The notes under the pieces were generated by a model that was not told the origin of the DNA, searched no databases, and worked only from the letters and a program-made list of their open reading frames with translations. This document shows, one piece after another, positions 27,655 to 39,891 of a DNA stretch of 64,000 nucleotides. The stretch comes from Octopus vulgaris (taxonomy: Eukaryota): positions 55,738,001-55,802,000 of the forward strand of contig OX597825.1 in NCBI GenBank assembly GCA_951406725.2. Direction: 5' to 3'. Positions within the stretch are counted from its first letter, which is position 1. Every line of letters begins with the position of its first letter. The position numbers and the translations under genes are program-made.

Positions 27655-27820
27655 AAGTCGGTTTCGACGAGTAGGATTCAGCTATTCACTCAAATGAATT
27701 AGCTGCTCCTGAATTAATGTGTGAGCTCTCGAGTATTCCGCAGACACCGGTAACCTTAACTTAATTCACAGGCTGAATGGACATTCCACTGTGTGTGATA
27801 AGGTTGTACCTTTTGAATAA
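27655..27820 (-). mobile_element. Decayed copy of retroposon family D
   Basis: CTGCTCCTGAATTAATGTG..GAGTATTCCGCAGACAC..AACCTTAAC resembles the reverse complement of 18520-18680. Confidence 0.55.
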
Positions 27821-28014
27821 TTAACAGAATCCATCCAAGTAGTTCCTATGCAACTTCTCTCTAGCCCTGTATCTATATTTACTCACAACAGAAGCTGTTG
27901 ACAGTTGCCAAAATGCCAAATAGCAGCATCAAAACGCCGGACCTCGTACTTACGTGGATTCGTAACCAATCGGCCATGCTGTACTGATATATAGATATAA
28001 AATGCACATTCGTT

Positions 28015-28414
28015 TATTTTTTTACTTGCTTCAGTCGTTTGACTGTGGACATGCTGGATCATCACCTTAATGGGTTTTTAGTCGAAGAAATTGACTCCAG
28101 AACTTATTCTTTGTAAGGCTAGTACTTATTCTATCGGTATCGTTCGCCGAACGCCTAAGTTACGGGGGCGTAAACACACCAACATCGGTTGTCAAGCAAT
28201 GGTGGCGGGAGACAGAGACACAAAGACACACAAATAAATATATATATACGACGAGCTTCTTTCAGTTTCCGTCAATTAAATCTACTCACAGGGCTTTGAT
28301 CAGTCCGAGGCTATAGCATAAGGTACTTGCCCAAAGTACCGTACGACGTAGTGGGACTGAACCCGGAAATATGTGGTTGAGAAGTGAGCTTCTTACCACA
28401 AAGCCTCGCCTGCT
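28015..28414 (-). mobile_element. SINE family B, near full length
   Basis: Reverse complement colinear with 58284-58708 through head, core and tail. Confidence 0.88.
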
Positions 28415-28429
28415 CCCCACTCTCTCTCT

Positions 28430-28500
<71 letters not shown>

Positions 28501-28552
28501 CATATATACATTCATATATATACATATATATGTACATACTGACATATATATG

Positions 28553-28594
<42 letters not shown>

Positions 28595-28744
28595 TATATG
28601 GGTACAGGATGTCACAAAACGTAAGCGTGAAATACGAAGACAAACTTTTTTTGCGAACGAGAGAAACAAATAGAAAACATGACAAGTAACATAAAGAAGG
28701 ACCCTTCATCAATTGTCGGCTGCTTATCTACTCCACATCTCGAG

Positions 28745-28747
<3 letters not shown>
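28595..28747 (-). repeat. Dispersed repeat (same family as 22400-22545) embedded in (TA)n
   Basis: Shared sequence with 22400-22545; TA tracts on both sides. Confidence 0.55.
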
Positions 28748-28825
<78 letters not shown>

Positions 28826-28832
28826 CATATAC

Positions 28833-28908
<76 letters not shown>

Positions 28909-28934
28909 GTATGTATGTATATATATATATATAT

Positions 28935-29140
28935 CATTTACTGTTTTCAGTAATTAGACTGTGGCCATTCTGGGGCACCACTTTAAAGACTTTTTAGTTA
29001 AATGAGTCGACGCCAGCAGGTTTTTCATAAAGCCTGGTATTTGCTCTACTGGGCACTTTTGTCGAACCGCTAGATTACGAGGACATAGACACACCAACAC
29101 CGGTTGTCATCAGCGACAAGGGACAAAGACAGACGCTAAG
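28935..29140 (-). mobile_element. SINE family B, 3' half
   Basis: GACTGTGGCCAT..GAACCGCTA..ACACCAACACCGGTTGTCA matches the family B tail region. Confidence 0.7.
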
Positions 29141-29210
29141 ACATACTCACTCGCACGCTCGCATGCAAACACACACATATACACAGGCGCGCACACATAC
29201 ATATACACAA

Positions 29211-29247
<37 letters not shown>

Positions 29248-29251
<4 letters not shown>

Positions 29252-29450
29252 ATACAATATGTTACATTACTCGGTAGTCAAGATAAAACTCTGAGTTTCA
29301 GATGCCGAAGTGGAAATCCACAACACCATCTCTTCCGTTATCTGTTTTATCTTGACTACCGAGTAATGTAACATATTGTATAGATAAATTTCCTCTATTT
29401 ACATAATATTGAGGTCTCTTTCTTTCTTTTGTTATCTTACTGTTTTATCA
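29248..29450 (-). mobile_element. Fold-back element (42-bp perfect inverted repeat) enclosing a hammerhead-like motif, within (TA)n
   Basis: Arms 29248-29289 and 29344-29385. Minus strand reads AGATAA-CGGAAGA-GATG..CATC-T-GAA-ACTC(A)GAGT-T-TTATCT. Confidence 0.7.
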
Positions 29451-30031
29451 ATATATATATATATATATATATATTCTGTGAGTGAGTAAGGAAGGAAGAA
29501 TATGGCATGCTCTTCGCAGGCTTTCAACTGCAGAAAATTCACAAGAAGTCGGGGATATACGGAGGGAAAAAGGTATTGTAAGAAAGGACCAGAAATTGTG
29601 ATTGTTGTGAATTGTAATTTTTGGGAAACAACATCGTCGATGTGTGGAGAGGGTGAATGAACGAGGGAGGGGTTACGAGACCTGGTTCCTACGATCAGAA
29701 GCCGTTCTTGTAGTTATAAAAATGTGAGAAAGAGGAGATGCCATGTGCGTGGTTAAGAGATTGAAGTGTGACTATTTCGGACTTTGTTAAATATTCAAAT
29801 GAACTTTCTCTGAACGAGTCTCGGATGTCTGAGTGTGCGACAGAAGCACAGTTCCATATTTGGGTGTGTGTGTATATGCGGGTGTATGTGTGTACGTGTT
29901 TATATGTATTTACGTGTGTGTGTTTGTGAATGTGTGATTTTTATTTTAAATCCACAGCCGTCCTTTCTCTGACTTCTATGACAAAACCCCTTTGTTTTAC
30001 AAACTGTCGGAAAGAAAATCGTTAAATACTC

Positions 30032-30064
<33 letters not shown>

Positions 30065-30707
30065 ACACAGGCACACTCACAGATACGCATACACAGGCAC
30101 ATATTTACGCAACGTGGGCAATTTTCTCATTGACCATCTATTTCAACAATAACTCATGAAATGTCTTCTCATTCTTCAGTCTGACAAAGACAGGTTGGTT
30201 TCAAACAGTTGACGTTTCTCACACGCTGAGACACCTCTATACGTGCTGACAGAGAATGAAAGACTTTTGATTTTAATTCTTCGAAGATTAATTTCAGTAA
30301 AAGGAAGATTATCTCATGCTATTTCCAGAAATGTAGCGCAGCATTCCACAAAGCTGTAAATGTTAGCAACAACAAGTAATATAATATTAATAATAATTTT
30401 CAGATAGATAAAATTACACGTACATATATATCATTGCTATTATGTTAAACTGTCTTATATCCAAATGAGTATTTTTTCGATATTTATTTTTGCTTGCAAT
30501 TGCCGGTTCCCTTGGTCAACCTATCGTATCTCCGGCTGTTTCAAATGCCACGACATCAAAACTTGCCAAAATGTGGTACAAAGGTTTTGTTATGGAATGA
30601 TGAAATTATTTTTCGTTTTGTGAAAAAGCAACGTTTTGGACTTACGATACTTTTGCATAATAGCAACGATATGTACTTGTATTAAATATATATATATATA
30701 TATATGT

Positions 30708-30890
30708 GTAGGCGCGTGGCCTAATGGTTAGGGCGTTGTACTCACGGTAGCAAGATCGTGGGTTCGATTCTCGAACCGGACGGTGCATTTTGCTCCTGAG
30801 CAAAACTTTTCCTTTCATGTTGCTCCAGTCCACTCAACTGTGGGTCAGTAATCCTGCGGCGGACTGGCCTTCTGATCAGGGAGTGGGGAA
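30708..30890 (+). mobile_element. tRNA-derived SINE family C
   Basis: A box TGGCCTAATGG and B box GGTTCGATTC, then core CCTGAGCAAAAC..TGTTGCTCCAGTCCACTCA. Confidence 0.75.
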
Positions 30891-31289
30891 TGTTGGACTG
30901 CTCACATACTGCGCGGGGTGGCATTATACGACGGTTAAAATAATGCGAAGTGCATTGTGACAAGCGATGCATTCCAACATCCAATAGAAAAAGTGCGGCT
31001 ACGTCCGACTTTTTCCATCTATCCATTGCTATTGTTTATAGATTTATCTCTCTAGAGTTCAAACTTTCGAAACAAATTATTTCGCGTTCTTTCAAAGTTT
31101 CTAAATTTACTGATATAACCAATACACACACACACACAAACACAAATGTGTGTGCGTGTGAATGTATGCGCGGGTGTGTATTGACTGGGATACTTAGACA
31201 AATACTTTATTTTCTGCAACATTGTCCCGAACGTTGCATTATTTATAGTGTATGGAATATATATCATTAACGTGTTCCAAATGATGATA

Positions 31290-31770
31290 GCATCAAGTTC
31301 CAAGACCAGCAAAGGTAGCGGTCCTATACTGCTGTTCTCATAGAACATAACACCAACATGACACAAGGTTTTTAGAACAAACAGCCCTCTTTTGTTCAAC
31401 ATCACTGCGGAAAAAATGAAAGAAAGATCTGCAATAATATAACATTTAAAGAATACCAGCAGCAAAAGTACCCTCAAGAAATGCAAGACAAAATCTAAGA
31501 TTCTTGATACAGCCTGGCGAACTAAAACACTCATATGATTGGATTATGGGGTTCCAAATTACGGAACCTTAAAAGACTTCTGCAGTTAGTTGGTGCTACG
31601 ACGATTTAGATTTTTTATTCTCTTCCTGTTTATTTATGTTCCTTTCTGTTGAAGAGCGTAGGCTCGAAACGTAAGAGACTTTCTCACCTTCCCGAGCGTT
31701 AAACTAATACACCTGTTTGTTGTTTACACATCTCTCTTCGTCTTTCGTTTCTTTTGTAAATTCCAACTAT
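31290..31770 (+). mobile_element. Penelope-like remnant: decayed C-terminal coding debris followed by a terminal repeat with hammerhead-like motif
   Basis: ERSAII*HLKNT..KILD loosely resembles the GIY-YIG C-terminal region. 31641-31678 CCTTT-CTGTTGA-A-GAGC(GTAG)GCTC-GAA-ACGT-A-AGAGA; ends at TA. Confidence 0.5.
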
Positions 31771-31789
31771 ATATAAATATATATAGTAT

Positions 31790-32110
31790 ATTAGCCTCAG
31801 GTGTTAGAGCGTCGGTGTATGTATGTATATATGTGAGATTGCGTGTTCGATTTCCGGATTGGACCGTGTGCTGTGTTCTTGAGCAAGACATTTAGTTCAC
31901 TTTGCTCCACTTCACTCAGCGGTAGAAATGAGGTATGACGTCACTTTTGCCTTGGATAACATCGGTGGTACGAAGTAGAAAAGACTGGTATGCATGGGCG
32001 ACTACTCGTCTTCCATAAAACAACTTTGTACAGACTTGTGGCTGGAAGGGGAACTGGTCTAGTTGCAATCCTATGGGCATTCATCACCGAAGAGGGTCTT
32101 TACTCTTACC
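31790..32110 (+). mobile_element. Decayed tRNA-derived SINE related to family C
   Basis: GTTCGATTTCC B box; TGTGTTCTTGAGCAAGACA..TTGCTCCAC..CACTCAGC core. Confidence 0.65.
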
Positions 32111-32173
32111 TTTTTATATAAACTTGCACAGACACACGCGCGCGCGCACACATATGTATATGTATATATCTAC

Positions 32174-32243
<70 letters not shown>

Positions 32244-33404
32244 GGGTGAGATTTACTGTATTGATCGCCACAGTATCGATTTTGCTTTGGGCTGACCTAA
32301 TAAGCTTTCTAACTCAGATAAAAGGTCACAAATTTTGTTGAAACGATTAATCAATAATATTGATCTCCGTATTACGGGTCGATGTTATCTATATTTTATA
32401 GCTGATCCTAGCCTAGGCTATGGAAGGCAAAGTCAACCACTACATTGAATTGAACTCAGAAATTATATGGTTGAAATTAAATACTGGGAGACACCCCCTG
32501 CGGTGTTCTGTTTAATTCTGGTAACCTGACTGCCTGATTTATATTAGTGATCGTAGTGATCACAAAGTTTCGGCCCGCTTGTCTTCGTCAGACTGTTATC
32601 TACTAAAAGATATCCTTCATATCAATGTTAAAATGTTAACTTTTTCTATATATAACTTGACATAAAAAGAAACACACACACACAAACATTTATATATTTA
32701 TATTAATATAAGTATCTATATATGCATTTGTGTGCGTATATATATATATATATTTATACATATATACATACCCATACAAATATGTATATATATATTCGCA
32801 TGTGTATATGTATGTATGTGTGTATATATGCATAGACGTAGATATGCAGAATCGAATATGAAATTATAAACAAGTAATTCCTTCCTTTTGAAAAGAAGAA
32901 TTGTGAAAGGAAGAAAAGAAAGTGAGTGAAAGTACGAGAGGAAGATGGAGCGAGATAGTGGGAAAATCGAAATAGTAAGAGTGTAAAACAGAAGAAAAGA
33001 TAGCAGGGTACAGAGGGAATGAATGAGAGATACAAAGATAGAGAGGAGAGTAAATGTAAGAAATTGAAAGAAGGAAGATGTTGATTGAACAAACAAGGAT
33101 ATTATTGTCCAACCATTTCTCACAGTATTTATCCAATTGATGTTTCATCGATTCTTTTTCGTTTTTGTTCAAGTCTTAAAGGTTTTTTTCAATTTTCCTA
33201 TGAAATCCAAATGCGGCCACGTTTTCAGCGGTGCTTAAATTGCGTCGTAGCTGTCTTGTATCTTCTGGCTGTTGTTATAGTATTAAGACATTCGCTTGTG
33301 TTTAGAGAGAGAGAGGTAGAGGTAAATATACACATACACACACACATATACAAACACATATACGTACACGTACACATATAGGTACGCTTAATGTGTGTGC
33401 GTGC

Positions 33405-33560
<156 letters not shown>

Positions 33561-34025
33561 AAAAGATCACAGATGTCGGATGTAACGATTTTTCTCACTC
33601 CGATATAAAGGTATGTATTGTGTGTGTATGTGTGTAAATATACATATATATATTATACATACATATATGTAATTATATATCTAGTTATGTATATATGTAT
33701 GTATGTGCGTATGTAAGTACGTATGTATACAAATAACTTGACAGTACATAGGATAAGTTCAACCAACCACTGCCACCTCTAAAGACCCATTCTTCACAGC
33801 CTCGACGTCACCACCTCTGCCAACACGTTACCGCATATTGACCCAATCTGTCACATAAGCGGCATTATATATGTATGTACATATGATTATATGCATATAT
33901 ATATGGGTGTGTGTTTGTGTGTGTGTGCGTGTGTGTGTGTGTGTGTGTGACAATATATATATAAATCCGTATTGGATTTTGATTAGCATAAAAATGCTAT
34001 TCATTCTTCTATATATACGTGTTTC

Positions 34026-34066
<41 letters not shown>

Positions 34067-34346
34067 ATGTGAAATACCCCCTTGTCGATAATGTTGTTTA
34101 TGAATCTCACAGATTTATTCAATACCTCGCTCGGTCTCTCACAAAAGCCCAACAATACAACTTACATACAGATCTACAATTGCGTGATTCAATTCATATT
34201 AAAAAAATATATACATATATTTATACACACATATATATTTATGCATATATGTCTTCGAGTGTGTGCATGTATGTAAGATTTTGTGCGTGTGTATATATAT
34301 ATATATATATACATATATACCTGTGCGTGCGCGCCAACACACACGT

Positions 34347-34386
<40 letters not shown>

Positions 34387-34671
34387 CTATGTGAATATAG
34401 TTGTGAGCAACCCAAATTTTTAAATCTTGGCTCACTCACCAGCGAAATTTTTTAAATAACGGTTCGGTAGTCTACCAAAATTTTAAGCTGAAGATTTATT
34501 TATTAAATGAAAAATGGAATAAAAAATATTCCGAATTCGGTAATATAACGTAGAATTACTAATATAATATTAAAATCTCGAATCAAAGAAAGCAGGCCAT
34601 GAAATGCGACGGTAAAATTTAAAGTTTAGAAAGATCCCTGTAGCTCCTTTCACTCGAGTGTTGTAAAATAC

Positions 34672-34705
<34 letters not shown>

Positions 34706-35249
34706 ATGCCCTGATGCAGTATCAGACAGTGGCTCTCGTGGCTTCTGCTCTTAACTGATTGGAAGTGTTATCATGTACATTGTTTTGTCTTGGTATAAAA
34801 GATGGGCTACAACAAATATTCTGCTCAGTACCACAGATTTGCTTGTCAGTTGTTTGACCTTAACCAGTTGAGCATATCCCTTGGTGGCTGACGCTATGTA
34901 CATCTCTGAACACGAGCTGAAGTAGTGGGGAAGCATTATAGCCATATGTTGAGAGGGATTCTTTGGGATTTGAATAATTCACCTCTGGAAACATGGGTGT
35001 TTCGTTCAACATCCTTAAACAACCCTTATTCAGGGACCTTTTGAGCTAAATGGGTTACTCGATCAGAAGAAAATTCTAACTGAGCCCCACCTGCTAGGAC
35101 ATGCGCTGTTTATCTTGATATGAGATCACCATGTCGCGCACATATGGTTGTGATGCATATGCCTGGTGTACCCTTATCAGGCGGGTAGTCATGAGGGTAT
35201 ACTGGACTTCGTATATTTTACCTCTGTGTCACTTTGATGTTTCTCACTC
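34706..35249 (+). mobile_element. ~550-bp TAA-associated non-coding element, copy 1
   Basis: ATGCCCTGATGCAGTA...CTCACTC, colinear with 50365-50920 and 57097-57587; (AAT)n on both sides. Confidence 0.9.
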
Positions 35250-35328
35250 AATAATAATAATAATAATAATGATACTACTACTAATAATAATAATAATAAT
35301 AATAATGATACTACTACTAATAATAATA

Positions 35329-35540
35329 ATGGTTTCAAATTTTTCCACAAGGCCTCACATTTGTTGGGTGGGGACTAGTCGATTATATCGACTCCAGCGT
35401 TTCACTGGTATTTTATTTACCGACCCCGAAAGAATGAAAAGCAAAATAGACTTTGGGGAAATTTGAACTCAGAACGTAGCAACGGGTGAAATACGCTAAG
35501 CATTTCGTCCGGCGTGTTAACGATTCTGCCAGTTGACAGC
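35329..35540 (-). mobile_element. SINE family A with (ATT)n tail
   Basis: ATGGTTTCAAATT..GACCCCGAAAG..TTTGAACTCAGAACGTAG..GCTAAGCATTTCG..GATTCTGCCAG. Confidence 0.85.
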
Positions 35541-35754
35541 TTCAGTGATAATAATAACAACAACAACAACAGCAACAACAATAGTTTGCCTGTTTTCTTG
35601 AGAGTTAGAAAATTGGAGCTAAAACTGGTAGATGGCGGATACATTTGTAAAGGGCAGAGATCACCTTACAAGAATGGTTGTGTGAGACCGTGAAGTCAAG
35701 AAGGGGCGAATGAAGAAAACGTTTAAGTTAATTACTTAGATAGGAATATACATA

Positions 35755-35905
35755 CTACAGGACTAGAACTGTTTCATTCCTGATGATTTCATTTGAATGA
35801 AACAGTTCTAGTCTGTAGAAGCTCCTTCTATAAAATAAATTAATTTACTCTGCCATGTATTGAGTACCTTATTTACTGTGGTTAACCCCAACTCAACCCG
35901 GGACC

Positions 35906-35908
<3 letters not shown>
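35755..35908 (+). mobile_element. Short fold-back element with CTGATGA..GAAAC hammerhead-like core, ending at (TA)n
   Basis: Arms 35755-35779 and 35795-35818 are reverse complements (one indel); CTGATGA at 35780-35786 and GAAAC at 35799-35803. Confidence 0.5.
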
Positions 35909-35958
<50 letters not shown>

Positions 35959-36184
35959 AGGTGGAAAAGTTTAAAGTGATGTAGGAGGGACTGGTAGGTT
36001 AGTACACTATATCCAACAACCTCAAAAAAAAGTTGTTTCCATGATACCAGAATAGAGTAATGCAGGATATAAGGAAGTTATGATAATAAATACAAAAATT
36101 TGGGGGCGGGTGACATGTATGCAAATACGCTATTACATAGAGATACACATGTAGACAGAGACGTTCAGTCTCTCTGTCTGTCTT

Positions 36185-36281
<97 letters not shown>

Positions 36282-36358
36282 GCACACAGATATACACGTA
36301 TAAATACGCGTGCGCGTTTCCTTACTCATCGCGGATGATAATATTTACGTATCTTCAG

Positions 36359-36400
36359 AACTTCGCATTAACGATAAAGAAAATTACACGGGAAAATATG
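36359..36400 (+). other. Candidate 42-nt microexon
   Basis: TATCTTCAG acceptor and G|GTAAGT donor; length is a multiple of 3 and two phases are open. No other support. Confidence 0.15.
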
Positions 36401-36786
36401 GTAAGTAAACTTTCACTTCACAATATAAACGGACCGATTAAATTACCGCTGCGTGGGTGAGCGAGGTCATTTAATTCATTGAGGAATTAACGTTCTCAAT
36501 AAAACTGTCTTCAGCATTCAGTAAAGAAAGAAAAAAACAAAAAAAGTTAATCAGTTTTCATTTTGAAAAGAAGTTTTAATAACTGGTTTCAAGAAAACCG
36601 GTGCAAACGGAGTGTTGATGGAAAATTTAAATATACATTCATACACTCATACACAGACACACACACACACGCACATATATATACAAGCACACTTATATAA
36701 TTATGTAGATATATATATATATATATACATGTACATACATACATATACACACACTTATATAAATACATACACACACATATACCTAC

Positions 36787-36826
<40 letters not shown>

Positions 36827-37673
36827 ATATCTATATGTATATATATGTATATATATATACACAAGAAATATTTGCAGCTTTTAATAAAGCTGTTCTTCGT
36901 ATGAAACAATTGTACTGAACAACTAATCCATTCTTGTTGCTTTTTTCTTGTTTATAATCACCCCACATTATTTTATGGTTAATACCATATAGATTTCTGG
37001 TGCATCTAAGTTAAGTACCGCATTCATGTGAATTCATTGGAACTCACTTGAATCTTAATTGTTTTTACTGAAATTATATATATATATATATATATATGTA
37101 GCGTGTGTGTGTGTTTGTGTGTGTGTGTATGCGTGTATGTGTGTGATTGAATGTATGTCCATGAAATTTGATTTCATTGAAGCTGTGGAATCCAACCAAA
37201 TCAGAAGATAGTCAACGTTACGTTTCTTAAAATCGAAAAGATAAACATACACTGAATGTCACGCGATAGGTGACCTGCTCCACGTAAAAATATGCTCGTA
37301 TGCAAATTTTCAGGCAGCTGCGTGGAAAACTCTGAAAACTCTGACCGATAACATACAGCATACATACATACTTATATAGATATACATATATATATATATA
37401 TATTTATACATATGTGTACATACACAGACGCACACAAATACATACACACATGCATATGTATATATATATCCGCGGGTTGTAAAGTCTCCAAAGTCTATTT
37501 AAAGTTGTTTTGCTCAATCAATAATTTAAGAATGCCAGAATCAACAAGAAAGCCGCTAAGATCAGGCAAGCTGTTATGATCAGGCGAGCTACTTAAACTA
37601 ACAATGCGCCATGATTAACTAAACTAAGCTAGCTGATCTGAGCTGAAGTAACGAGATAGTGCTGCCGATACTG

Positions 37674-37718
<45 letters not shown>

Positions 37719-37721
37719 GCC

Positions 37722-37765
<44 letters not shown>

Positions 37766-37804
37766 GTGTAATATATATATATATGTATATATATGTGTTA
37801 TATG

Positions 37805-37870
<66 letters not shown>

Positions 37871-37897
37871 CGTATATGCATACATACGTACATATAA

Positions 37898-37931
<34 letters not shown>

Positions 37932-38047
37932 GTATGTATATTACATTATTTTATATCTGTGCGTTTGTCTATCAGGTGTGTAGATATGGTATTAATTTTA
38001 GTTTTCCGTTTCATTTTTCTTTTCCGCAAATGTGTTACTTCATATTG

Positions 38048-38767
38048 CTTGTTGTTGTTGTTGCTGTTGCTGTTGTTGTTGCTGTTGTTGTTGTTGTTTT
38101 ATATTTTATCAAGTTTAAACACGTTATCATAATATAATTATTATATTACTACAGCCGCAAACCTAACACTAATTTCATGTTGTTGCTCTTGGTGTTGTTG
38201 TTGATGGTGTTGGCGTTGGTGGGGGTTGGTATTGATGGTTATGATAGTTTTGGTGTTCTTAGTGGTGGTGGTAGTGGTGGTGGTAGTGGTGGTGGCTCTT
38301 ATGGTGTTAGTAGAGCTAGTGGTTGCGCTGGTTGGTGGTTGTGTTGGCTGACGGTAGTGTTGGTAATGGTAGCAGTGGTAGTATTATTGATGATAGTGTT
38401 TGTTGTTGTTATTGTTGTTGTTATTGTTGTTGTTGTTGGTGGTGGTGATGGTGGCAGCGGCAGCGGTGGTGGTGGTGTTGGCGTTGGTGGTAATAGTGGC
38501 GGGGGTGATGGTATTGGCTGTGTCGTTGGTGGTGGTATTGGTGTTGGTGGTAGTGCATTGGCTTCGGCGCCGGCGGTGGCGGCGGCGATGGTGGTGGTGG
38601 TGGTGGTGGTGGTGGTGGTACTGGTGGTATATAGGGAGGGCGGAAATGGATAATTCCTAGTATTTAAGGAAAACAAACGGAGGCGGATCAGGAAAAATAA
38701 TCTTGAAGCTCAACAAGTGATACTGTTTCACAAGAGAGAAGAGCACGGCCGAGCAGAAAGAGAAGAA

Positions 38768-38800
<33 letters not shown>

Positions 38801-38822
38801 AATGATGATGATGATGATTGTT

Positions 38823-38855
<33 letters not shown>

Positions 38856-39428
38856 ATAGGCGGAGGAGGAGGAGGTGGAAAACGTGGTGGAGGACGGAGA
38901 AGCGAAGACCGAACAAGAAGAAGTGCAGGAAGAGGAAGAAGAAATAGTGAAAAAAAGAGAGAACGAGAAGACGAAAGAGTCGAGTTAGGGAAGAAGAAGA
39001 AGAAGAAGAAGAAGAAGAAGAAGAAGAAGAAGAAGAAGAAGAAATGAAAACTTAATGGAAAGTCGCTAAATTTTGTAAACGTGGTTGATAGAGTAACGTG
39101 TTAAGATAGATATATCGCAAATTTACTATGAAGTCTCCGTTAATTCGATGTTGAATGGGGTTGTGAATGGTGGAATGTGTGTGTGTGTATGTGTGTGCAT
39201 CTGGGTCTGTGTGCATATGTAGGTGCGTGCGCGCGTGTGTGTGTGCGTGTGCGTGTGCGTGCGTGAGAGTGCCAGAAAGATTAGAAAAGTGTGTTAAGGT
39301 AGATATTTGAGTGAGATGTCCGTTAATCTGTTGCGAGAAGAGCAGAAACGTGTAAAGATAGATATTGGAGAAAGTTTTATCTAGTGTGATGGAGAAATGT
39401 GGTGGCGGTAGAGGTGTTGTTGTTGCTG

Positions 39429-39460
<32 letters not shown>

Positions 39461-39560
39461 GGTGGTGCTGCTGGTGCTGTTGCTGGTGGTCATATAGTGG
39501 TGGTGGTGGTGGTGGTGGTGGTGGTGGTAGTGCTGCTGGTGCTGGTGGTGGTATTGGCAA
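38048..39560. repeat. Cluster of mixed trinucleotide repeats (GTT, GGT, GAT, AGT, GAA)
   Basis: Directly visible; strongly G-rich on the plus strand. Confidence 0.9.
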
Positions 39561-39627
39561 TGGATGACCCACATGATCAGAAAAGATAGCCACTTAGTGG
39601 GTAAATTGAACCTTCCATACTCTAGCT

Positions 39628-39891
39628 CAGTGGTTTTTAACCGGGGTCCATATGGCCCTTGGTGGGGGTCCATATAAGATTTTGCTGTTAAAATTTATCT
39701 CCAATAAACTGGTTATGTTTCTACAATACACAAAACATTTTAACAATTTTTTTAATACAATTCCTAATATCTAATTATAAAAACATATAATCTTTTCTTA
39801 GCATCAAATACCTATAGGTAATCCCATAAAATAAGAGTAAAATAAGAATCAAAGGGGTCTACAGGTAAAAAAAAATAGTTGAGAACCACTG
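39628..39891. mobile_element. hAT (Charlie-like) MITE
   Basis: TIRs CAGTGGTTTTTAAC / GTTGAGAACCACTG with subterminal GGGGTCCA repeats; an 8-bp TSD is not recognisable. Confidence 0.75.

Noticed and set aside
30708-30785. Functional tRNA gene (also the heads at 19859 and 58284)
   Set aside because: A and B boxes run into shared SINE bodies found in many copies; no clean cloverleaf or terminator.
32560-32596. Minus-strand CTGACGA..GAAAC hammerhead-like motif (similar partial motifs near 20297 and 36903)
   Set aside because: Stems or cleavage triplet cannot be completed; too degenerate to count.
34751-34945. Minus-strand ORF in the 550-bp element
   Set aside because: The equivalent frame in copy 2 has an early TGA, so the ORF is not conserved.
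38177-38653. Gly-rich ORF with a signal-peptide-like start
   Set aside because: The hydrophobic and Gly runs come from GTT/GGT repeats, and other frames are similarly open; no independent support.
39381-39593. Pro/His/Gln-rich ORF resembling a transcription-factor N-terminus
   Set aside because: It has a non-ATG start, is 70 codons of mostly triplet repeat, closes at a stop and has no domain.
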